The notes under the pieces: generated by a model
The model's database searches: none
Told to the model about the DNA's origin: nothing
Seen by the model: only the letters and a program-made list of their open reading frames with translations
Part shown: positions 24,828 to 34,727 of the stretch, piece by piece
Layout of the letters: each line of letters begins with the position of its first letter
Numbering within the stretch: the stretch's first letter is position 1
Program-made: the position numbers and the translations under genes
Assembly (NCBI RefSeq): GCF_000400465.1
Contig: NW_008806285.1
Span: 144,001 to 206,000 of the forward strand
Direction: 5' to 3'
DNA length: 62,000 nucleotides
Source: Wallemia ichthyophaga EXF-994
Taxonomy: Eukaryota > Fungi > Basidiomycota

Positions 24828-25939
24828 ATGGTACGGAAGAGAGACTCGATAAAGAATAAAGTGAAGGAAGTTTTTAGCCCGTCTCCAACGCAAGAGCCAG
24901 TGGAGCACGCTGTAGACGACTCGCTCGAAGATGACTTATTTGCACAGCTCGATGCGAAGGAAGCTGAGCAGACATCGAATACGCCTTCTAAGACGCCTTC
25001 TCAGACGCACTCGATGAGGGAAGTTGAGGCTGAGGCTGAGGCTGAGCAGAAGAAGTCCCGCAAAGCCAGACGTGAAGTGGGTTTTTATGGCGTAACGAGC
25101 CATACAAACTGACTCTAGTTAAGGAGAAGCGTCTACTTGAAGAGGAATCTATTAGGCAGGCTGCTTTCGCAGAAGCTAACCTCCCTGAGAATGAGAAATT
25201 GGCTAAGGAAGCTACCGAGGAGGAGAAAATTATCATCGATATCTGCAACAAACACGCTCGGAAGATGCACGAAATCTCACCAGATGGTCACTGTCTCTAT
25301 GCCGCTATCGCTGATCAGGTCACCTGCGATAGTTTGCTCGAGTATTCTCCGCAGTTTCAGGTGGGCGTGGTGTTGATGTTGTTGGAACACTGTCTGACAT
25401 ACACATACAGGCTACTTACCAGGATATGAGGAGTACAGCCGCAAATTACCTCAGAGAACACGCAGATGACTTTATGCCTTTCCTTACAACTGCTAATCTT
25501 ACACCCGCTGATGGAGCTGACTCAGATGGTCATGAGGCTGAAGGTACACCGATGGATATTGCGCAGTTTAACAAGTATTGCGAGATTGTAGAGAATACCG
25601 GTGAATGGGGTGGTCATATTGAGGTTCGTTGCCTTGTCTTCTCACCAGTATATTCGCAACTTACAAAATTTGCAAAGCTACTCGCTATCAGTAGAGCTAT
25701 CAACAAACCTATACACGTCGTACAGCGGTCACATCACAATGTCATCCTCATCGGTGGTCGTGAGGGTGAATTCGAGCACAATCCAGAAGGCGTAGATGGT
25801 ATTTGGCTGAGTTTCCACACGCGTATGTATGGATTAGGAGAGGTGGGTAAAGCCTGTTTGATATGTGCCTGCTAACGTCAATGTGCCCGTCATGCAGCAT
25901 TACAACTCGTTGAGAAGGAAAGAAGACACAACGTCTTAG
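24828..25939 (+). CDS. OTU2: OTU-domain deubiquitinase (OTUD6-like)
   Basis: Catalytic PDGHCLYAAIADQ, EWGGHIE, MYGLGEHYNSLR; about 4 introns. Confidence 0.92.
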
Positions 25940-26189
25940 CTCGCAGCAGTATTGCTGTAAGATGCGGCTAATTGGCAATCGCTAATCGCCAACATTAGCG
26001 GAATGAGAATGATACTTGTAAATAGCCTCGATAAACGACATCGTGTACTCAAGCTGTCCTGGATTTACCACAATTCAGGCATACGGATCGTAAGCACTGT
26101 GTGTTTTGCTAGCAGATATTTCGCTCGCCCGCTATCTCCTCCCATCTCCCTTGCACCAGTTCTGCCACCATCATCGGCAACGAATAGCG

Positions 26190-28409
26190 ATGAAGAGAAA
26201 TATCCCGAACGAGCAGTACGGATATCAGCGCAAGTGGGTTACCTGTGTTGCAGACGTCGTGTGCACTGGCTGATAAACTACATTCGCAGACATCCGCGCT
26301 ACGCTTCCCAGGATCAGCATGGAAGGCGAGTAGATATGGTGACGACAGCAGATAGAACTGACGTAGACCGTGCAGTGGCTTCACAGAAGGCTACTCGCAC
26401 CAATCACCGCCAGCTGCAAGGCCACAAGAAGGCTACCGTAGTCCTGATCATACCATGTATAAAAGACATAAAGCCAGTCAGAATCACAAGGACAATTATA
26501 GATGGCAGAAAGACTACGAGGATTACCATCGTAGCGGCAGAAACATTGACTATGGCAAAAGCTATGGCAAGAACCACAGCAGCTATAGCAACAGGTATAA
26601 CGGAAACAACATGAATGATCAGAAGAATCTTAACGACTATGCTAACGCCATGAATCCTAACAATAAGTACAACCCGAGTAGCCCGAGGAAAAACCAATCT
26701 AAGAATAAGACTAAAAAGAAGAAGCCCAATAATAACAACAGCAACAACATACCACCGCAGAGTCGAAACTTAACGCCCAGCAGTCACATTGATAGACCAG
26801 ACTTTGAGCACAGGAGCATGCAGCCATTTGATGGCGATCCAATCGATAGGCACATCGATAATGTGATGCGAGGGGCTGGTGGAGGTGATAGAAGGTCCTC
26901 CTACGGCTCTTTTTCTCATTCAAAGTACTCTCACAATGGACCCCAGCCTTCGACAAGCAGGGAAATTTTACACCCTCCAACCAAGGGGACAGTGATAGAA
27001 GGAGGTAAGCATAATGACATCTTTGAATTCCGCTCTGATCGCTTCTGCAGCTAGAAATCGTTGGGTAGAGAATCAGCTCAAAGCCCAAGCTCAAACGCAG
27101 TCAGAAACACACCAGCAACCTCCCTCATCAAAGCCTCTATATCCAATACCGCCACCGCCATTGCCAAGTAAGCCACCTCCACCGCCAAAAGCTAGAAATC
27201 TGTCTCCGAAGAATCTTCCCTCTCCCAAGGAAGAAGACGTAGGCCCTATAGTACTTGGCTGGCATAATTTACCACGCTTCGACTTAAAGGAAGTCGATGA
27301 AAGCGCGTTCCAAGTGCCTGATAACATCACTGACTTCTACGACCGTCTGTGCCAAGTCGGTGAAGGCACGTACGGCAAGGTGTACAAAGCGAGGAACAAG
27401 GTGTCGAAGCTACACGTAGCTCTTAAAAGAATCAGGATGGAACAGGAGAGGGACGGTTTCCCAGTCACTGCTTTGAGAGAAATCAAGCTGCTGCAGCAGT
27501 CACATCATGACAACATTGTTAGGTTGCACGAGATGCTAGTGTCAAATGGTATGTACTGGTTTGACTCTTCTGTCCCGGTTGACGCTCTGCACAGGCTCAG
27601 TCTATATGGTGTTTGAGTACATGGAGAATGACCTCACAGGCTTGCTGCAGCATGGCCCACATCTCTTCCAATTGCAGCACAAAAAGTCGCTCTGCCAGCA
27701 AATGCTGGCTGGCTTGTCTTATCTCCATTACCGGGGAATCTTGCACAGGGACATGAAAGGCTCGAATATCCTGATATCGAACAAAGGTGTACTCAAGTTG
27801 GCCGACTTTGGTCTCGCTAGATTCTTTCACAAGCACCGCAAGGCGGACTACACCAACAGAGTGATAACTATCTGGTACAGGCCGCCTGAATTACTGCTTG
27901 GTGCTACGAGCTATGGTCCGGAAGTCGATATGTGGAGTGCTGGGTGCATAATGCTCGAGATCTACACCACGAAACCCGTCTTCCAAGGTGATAACGAGCT
28001 ACACCAGCTAGAGATTGTATTCAAAATGCTGGGCGCACCATCTCATCAGGACTGGCCAGGGTTTTCCAGCCTCCCGTGGTACGAATTGGTGCGACCAACA
28101 GGCAAGCACTCGTCTGAGCGGTTCAGGGAGACCTTCAAGAGATGGCTGACACCAGCAGGCTTAGAGCTCGCCCAAGCACTGCTGACATTTAATCCGCAGA
28201 AGAGGCTGTCGGCGAAAGATGCTCTGCAGCTGCCATTCTTCAAGTCGGAGGAACCGCTTCCAGAGCTCCCCAGCCATCTCGGCGAACTTCAAGGCGAGTG
28301 GCATGAGTTTGAGGCCAAGAGAGAGAAAGCACAGGCTAGACTGAAAGCTAAAGAGATGGAGAGCAAGGAGGGAACTGAAGGAGAGACAGCTAGAGAAAAT
28401 AGTGCATAG
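26190..28409 (+). CDS. CTK1: RNA Pol II CTD Ser2 kinase alpha subunit (CDK12/Lsk1)
   Basis: GEGTYGKVYKA, EQERDGFPVTALREIKLLQ, HRDMKGSN, DFGLAR, DYTNRVITIWYRPPELLLG; long low-complexity N-terminus; start and first introns approximate. Confidence 0.88.
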
Positions 28410-28442
28410 TGTTTAAATTATGATGTAAATTACATGAAACGT

Positions 28443-28922
28443 TTATGATACTGTCTTCTTTACTTTGTCGAGCATGGTTTCCATCCTTGCGCCCATTTTT
28501 GGCTGATTGTTGTGGTTTTTCGAGTGCTGGTCTCTCCTTCTCTGGCGATGTGACGGTGCTTCTTTCTTTTGAGGCTGAGTTTGTGGCTGTGGTTGCTTTT
28601 GCTGAGGGTTATCGCTTCGCTTTATCGATCCTTCCGGCTTATCCCTTTCGCTCCTTCTCGCCTTCTTGGGTATCTCAGGCAGCTGTTGGGCTGGTTGGCC
28701 CTCCTTTTTCAGCATGTTGGCATACTCCTTCTTCACTTTGGCTTTCTGAATCAGCTGCTCTTTGATCTTGGAAGCTGTAGGTGGTGTTAGAGTGTCTGGA
28801 TCGTAGAGCTCAATCGCTCTCAACCCACCTTTGCCTGTATACGCTCCCTTGCCTGCCCTTCTGGCTACCGAGAATCCCTTTCTGTCCTGCATTGGTTGGC
28901 CTTTGCTCTTCGTTTCCACCAT
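28443..28922 (-). CDS. FYV7: rRNA-processing protein Fyv7-like
   Basis: KGFSV...GAYTGK/ASKIKEQLIQKAKVKKEY and terminal QPKMGARMETMLDKVKK; one intron. Confidence 0.75.
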   Translation of the reverse strand: MVETKSKGQPMQDRKGFSVARRAGKGAYTGKGGLRAIELYDPDTLTPPTASKIKEQLIQKAKVKKEYANMLKKEGQPAQQLPEIPKKARRSERDKPEGSIKRSDNPQQKQPQPQTQPQKKEAPSHRQRRRDQHSKNHNNQPKMGARMETMLDKVKKTVS

Positions 28923-29059
28923 GGCCGCTGCGATAAGAGAAGGCATTTGTCGAATAGTTGCTAGATGTAGCACTGTTGCATTATGTGCTGCCATTATCAT
29001 CGATTTATTCAGCCATTCCCCATCTTTGTTGTTGCCTCTCAGTTGTAAATTGCTGTGTA

Positions 29060-29975
29060 GTGGATTATTCAAAGACATTCATACACAATTTAAGTCCATT
29101 AATGAGTGCTTTCATATATTAATTGAGCTATTCCTCCCGTTGCACTCAGAAAAAGGTCAAACTGTGACTTGTCTCTACATATCTGATGACTTCAAATATG
29201 TTTATGGGATTACAGGGCAGTTTGAAAAGTTGATTAAGTATTATCGGATACTTAAAACTGTGTAAACCATTCGAAAGAATTGGTTTTGCTCGAGTCACCC
29301 CGCAAATGACCAAGTTATTGAGAAGATGAACGTAGAGATACCATATGCTGACAATTTGAACAAACTAGCAACACTTGCATTTTAACATCATTTTCAGCAT
29401 TCCGAATACATCCCCATATCAACCACCCGCTCAATATCAATCGAGTTGAATGTTATTGCTACCACCTATCTCATCTCCCATAGTGATTTACAAGTTTTGG
29501 TGATCTCCAAATAAAAAAGCTTGTCATATAGTTTTGAATGAGCCCTCTATGACATACCAGAATTGCTTCACCAAGCCTCCATTTGCACCCTGTAGGCTGT
29601 TCAGAAGTTGTGATCCGACATCGCTCTGTAGCACGGTCTAGGATAGAAATTTCGGATTTGACGCGCTTCATCAACAAAAAGTGACAATTCTAGCTGATTG
29701 AGACTGTAAGCACCCGAAATTCCAAGTATTCGGCCCTGTATACGTGAAAAACAGTTTAAGCTTAATGGCGTCTACAGGACTCAGAACTATGTCGAGAAAA
29801 AAGATATTGCTATTCCGCATCACTTCACTTTTGGAAGAGGAGATTTAGGTTAAGAAAAGGGGTGTATCAGCCCAGCTCTGAAATCGCGACTTTGGCTTCA
29901 GCTGGTGCATTTCGAGATTTCACTTAATGGGGGTGAAGGGGTGATTTAGACCGCATGTGAATCTTAGAATGCAGG
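29060..29975 (-). pseudogene. Degenerate coding relic, copy A (homologous to 43810-44700)
   Basis: Manual alignment with copy B gives shared blocks (SPVDA, LQGAN, QAFLFGDH, YGDV, VQIVSIWYLY, IRYVETS, QRE) with synonymous differences and many in-frame stops. Confidence 0.75.
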
Positions 29976-30512
29976 ATAATAGAAATTTCAAATTCAAAAC
30001 GCTTAGTTGTTACTCAATCACTACGCAAGGAGGCCATCATTGCCAGATTTGACATCGTCACGCTAATATGACGTACTTGAGGTGATCATGATCTATACGC
30101 AATTTGGTGTGAATAAATAGGAAATCCAGCTGAGTTACTTTATAATGTGGGGTTCTGTCGCTTGTTAACGGGGGCTCTTGGAAATTGTGTGAGATTTTCT
30201 TATGGGTGTGAGATGCTGAGCTGAACCCTCTCTGATGCTGCAAAGAAAAGGGGACATAGCATGCGAAGAGGTATAGCTTATGTGGCAATGTTGCAAACAG
30301 TCGACAAATTCATATATGGACTTGGCTTCGATGGAATGCTACATCACGTGAAGATTTGCAGAGCGCGGCGAGCGGCGAAGAAGTGGAAAAGTACAGCAGC
30401 ACAAGACGGTAACGAGAATCGATTCTCTACAGCAATTTTAGTTTCTGTTTAGAATTTTTATCTGCTTCCCCGATTTTAAGTTTTTTGGTGCGTGTCTCCT
30501 CACACACGCAAT

Positions 30513-30519
30513 TATAAAA
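30513..30519 (+). promoter_or_regulatory. TATA box of U2 snRNA gene
   Basis: TATAAAA about 30 nt upstream of the inferred U2 5' end. Confidence 0.6.
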
Positions 30520-30546
30520 GACTGCGCAGATGCATCATGGTTCGTT

Positions 30547-30729
30547 ATCCTCTCTGGCCTTTTGGCTTAGATCAAGTGTAGTATCTGTTCTTCCAAGTTC
30601 GAACAACTTGGATCGCATAACTTATGCGACAAACGTTCGATCTAATTTTTATCCGCGTCCAGTCGCCCTCACTGCTTGCATAGGATGGCTGGAAGATGGC
30701 CTTGCGTTGCACTACCGCATGTGCCGTCA
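30547..30729 (+). ncRNA. U2: U2 spliceosomal snRNA
   Basis: GGCCTTTTGGCTTAGATCAAGTGTAGTATCTGTTCTT (stem I and branch-point recognition), stems IIa/IIb, Sm site AATTTTTA, stem III, stem IV with TTGCACTAC loop. Confidence 0.96.
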
Positions 30730-30875
30730 GCGCTCTCTTGCTATCTCTATAATCTTCACATATTTTGCCATGTCTCTGTTGCTTTTAGCAGTGTTGACTT
30801 GATGAACTGTGTGGCGATGTAGAAGATTTGCCGCTATGTATTATACCCGATATACACGTTTTGTTTATTTCTTTA

Positions 30876-32291
30876 ATGCTTACAGTGATCAAGCACACTT
30901 GCTTAAGTGGTCGGCGCTACTCGACTCTGGTGAAGCCACAGTCAACAGTACGTTCATACCGCTTCTTTTAACCGCCTCACACTCCCGCAGCAGACTGAAG
31001 CTCTGGCTTATGTCTCGCATTCTACAGATCCGTGGTTTAATCTCGCATTTGAAGACTGGTAAGAAGCCATCGGAGACGAAGGCTAGCACACTGACGGACA
31101 AGACAGGTTATTCAGAACATCCAGCAAACCTTCACATGTGCTCTATTTGTATAAAAACTCACCGTCTGTCATTATTGGGCGTAATCAGGTGCGTGTGAAG
31201 ACCGTGAAGACTGTTAGTTGCACTTTTTGACACAAACAGAATCAATGGAAAGAAATTGATCTCAAGACGTTGAATAGACTCAATATCCCATTCGTCAGAC
31301 GGCGAAGTGGCGGCGGTACAGTCTTCCATGTACGTAGGTCTTTGAAGGGTGATTTAGTGCTTACGCAAGTCGCAGGATTTGGGAAACACCAACTACAGTG
31401 TAATGATGCCTCAATCGGTATTCAATCGGAGAGATAACGCTCAGTTGGTGGCTAGTGCTCTCAATGAGCTCAGCGTACCAGCAGTCGTCAACGAGCGCAA
31501 TGATATCGTTGTAGACGGCTACAAGGTATCTGGATCTGCATTCAAATTGACCAGTTCGCGCGCTTACCATCATGGAACAATGTTGCTGGATTCCAACATC
31601 AAAACACTTTCACAAGCGCTCAAGAACACAAACGTGAGTCTCATTCAATGCTATAATGTACGTGCTAAATTAACTCAGCAATCAATGGTCACCAAAGGTG
31701 TATCATCTGTTAGATCGCCGGTGAAGAACATAATCGAATGGCAGCCACACATTACGCACGACACATTCGTCGCAGCGGTTATAAAAAAGTTCGAAGAGCA
31801 TCACAAGGTTGACAAGAAGATTATTGTAGGTAGACCGCCCTCCAAGTCACGACTATTGACAATGTTTTAGGTGTCGGACATTGACGAGAACATTTTGAAA
31901 GAAGATGGCGGTAACCAGATACAGAAGCTGAAAGATGAGCTTCAGGTGGGTTCAGTGTATGTAAGTTATGCAAAAGCGTTAACCTCTTGACAGGAGTGGG
32001 ATTGGCACTACGGACAGACACCGGAGTTCACCAACACGCTCTCAACGATAATTGAAGGAACTGAAATTGTCGGTACTGTTTTTTGAAAGCTTTTCATTCT
32101 AATAAGTCTCAAAGACAGCGGAAATTACGGCAAAGCAAGGCAAAATCATTAAGATGAATGTGAGCGGTTTCTCAGAGGACGTTGGAAAGCAATTCATCGG
32201 GAAGAAGTACGCATTTATACAAGTAGAGGATATAGCAGCTTCCAGTGAGATGGATAGAAGTGTTGTAGAATGGCTGATTGAATGCATGTAA
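30876..32291 (+). CDS. AIM22: Mitochondrial lipoate-protein ligase A (Lip3/Aim22/LIPT1)
   Basis: STDPWFNLAFEDW, VIIGRNQ, RRRSGGGTVFHDLGNTNY, KVSGSAFK, YHHGTMLL, EWDWHYGQTPEF; about 8 introns. Confidence 0.9.
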
Positions 32292-32752
32292 AGAGGAGAA
32301 TAAATGTCAGAATCAGAGAAAGAAACAGATTAGAGATAACCATTTACTGCAAATCTCCAATTCTAATTATTATAGCCTTGCTAAAGCACTCACAACGACG
32401 TGGATAGGCGTCAGAGGTGAGGAATAATGAAGGCATGTAAAGAAACACACGCAGCTTTAAACAGAAACAAAGAAATACATCAAATGCATCAGATACTTAC
32501 AAAAGATGTTTCCTGCGTGTGAAGCTACCGATCAACCAAGACGACCACTAGACAAATGCACGGGAATTGCTATAGCACAAAAGCATAGCGAATATTGCAA
32601 ACTTTTATGCTTATTATCCGCAATATATTGTGCTGGTTTTCAAGGAAGAAAATAACATAAATCTTGCGCGTGATGAATTTTTAAAAAATGGCGTGCCCAG
32701 CTCAGAGCTCAGAGGAGAAGAGTTTTCTAGCGGACCGCCATTAGCCTCAAAA

Positions 32753-33235
32753 ATGAAATTCAGCAGAGATGTTTCTTCAAGTCGCAGGGTAAACCGCAAG
32801 GCTCACTTTGCCGCTCCATCTTCAGAGCGTCGCAAATTGATGGCTTCTTCTCTCAACAAGGAACTTCGTAAGGAGCACAACATCCGCTCATTGCCTATCC
32901 GTAGAGACGACGAGGTTCTCATCGTCAGAGGCTCTAACAAGGGTAAGGAAGGCAAGGTTGTCCAAGTTCAAAGAAACAAGTTCGCCATCTTCGTTGACAG
33001 AGTTCACCGCGAGAAGGCAAACGGTCAAACCTCTCCAACTCCAATTCACCCATCAAGCGTCGTCATTACCAACTTGAAGCTCGACAAGGGACGTATGGCT
33101 ACTATTGAGAGAAAGTCCGTTGCAAAGAAGGCTGCTCTTGAGGCTCGTAACCAAACCAAGGATGTTAACATGTCTAACGCCGTACGTTTCTTTCCTCCCC
33201 TTTGACTTTAAATTCTTACTCACTTTCCTCAGTAA
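32753..33235 (+). CDS. RPL26: 60S ribosomal protein L26 (uL24)
   Basis: [24 protein letters not shown]...[14 protein letters not shown]; terminal intron 33182-33232 precedes TAA. Confidence 0.96.
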
Positions 33236-33765
33236 ATTTTATAAGTTACGCTGCAAATTTACTTTGTCATGTATTGAAGGAACATGCACGAATACTAGGG
33301 CTTAATTTTTGGATTGGTTTTGGTGACTCGTTTTATGGGTTTTTAAGCCATTAGACGTATTCACCGTTGAGTAGATTTTATGGCTATCACGTCGATTGGG
33401 GTGGGGTGACTTAAGGGCATTTGATGAAAAGCGGAAGCTTAGCAGATACTGGAATCAGACAGGTTTTCTCTAGCTTAAGTGCATCAGCTACATAGGTCAG
33501 ACTGCATCGCCCGTCTCCCACTGACAACAGTAAATTCTTAAGCCATCTTGAGTGCCTTTGTGATTCGACTGTTGTTCTATGAACAATCTGAGATATTGGA
33601 AATGCAGTACTTTAAACGAAATATTAGCTTGTCAAATGTTTAGCACCCTTATCACCTCATTCAATGATTTAAATGGCAATGCATATCCCGGCTTAACACT
33701 TGCTGCCTTGTTGGATAGTCGCAATACCACTTTATCACTTGTTGAACCATATCAATCATCGAAAA

Positions 33766-34700
33766 ATGTCCGAAAACAACCAGAGAGAGGCTGTGGTACG
33801 TCTTAATGGAGTATCACTACCTATACATCTGACAAGCGTACAAGTTCCCAACCAGAATGGTACTAAACGTCATGAATCACGTTGTTGATTAGCTGACGAG
33901 AAACGCAGGCTTTAACCAATACCAAGAACAGACTAAAGGGAGCACAAACTGGTCACTCACTTCTCGCTAAAAAGAGAGACGCTCTCATGATTCGATTTAG
34001 AGCGATTCTCAAGAAAGTCGAAGAGGTTGGCATTATATTGTACACGAGCAGAGCTAGGTTGACAAAATCCAGGCTAAACTTAAGATGGGTAAAGTTATGC
34101 AAGTTGCAGCATTTTCATTAGCAGAAGTTAACTATGTCGCTGGAGATATATCTTATCAAGTACAAGAGAGTGCCAAGAGACCGCAATTGACAGTGAAAGC
34201 TAAGCAGGAGAATGTTTCTGGTGTAACATTACCAGGTTTTGAAATAGAGCGTGAACAATCAAACGAATTCTCACTTACTGGACTGGGAAGAGGTGGTCAG
34301 AAGATACAGAAGTGCAAAGAGACGTACGCTAAAGCTATTGAAACGCTTGTGGAATTGGCATCGCTGCAGGTATTTCATAAATACTCAAGCAGGTACTCTA
34401 TTGACATTAATTCAGACTGCTTTCATGATACTTGATGATGTTATCAGAGTCACAAATAGGCGTGTCAATGCGATAGAACACGTTGTACTTCCAAAACTTG
34501 AGAATACAATCAAATATATCAACTCAGAGCTTGATGAAATGGACAGAGAGGAATTCTTTAGGCTCAAGAAGATTCAATCCAAGAAGAAGAAGGGTGGAGA
34601 CTCAGAGCAAGATACCATCGACCAAGGAGAATACACGCAAGACCAGGCAGGCGGTGCAGACATATTAGATCAAGGAAAAGATGAGGATGTCATTTTCTAG
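33766..34700 (+). CDS. VMA8: V-ATPase V1 subunit D
   Basis: REAV/FPTRM/ALT...KGAQTGHSLLAKKRDAL, VTNRRVNAIEHVVLPKLENTIKYINSELDEMDREEFFRLKKIQ. Confidence 0.96.
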
Positions 34701-34727
34701 TATTGTATCTTCTGTTTGATAGCACTC

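Noticed and set aside
29060-29975. Relic as mitochondrial-code (TGA=Trp) sequence or mitovirus insert
   Set aside because: TAA/TAG stops and frameshifts remain under that code, and no GDD motif is present
30530-30802. 90-aa plus-strand ORF
   Set aside because: Overlaps the U2 snRNA gene; spurious
32630-32752. In-frame N-terminal extension of RPL26 from GTG
   Set aside because: The conserved uL24 start MKF is at 32753; the extension has no similarity
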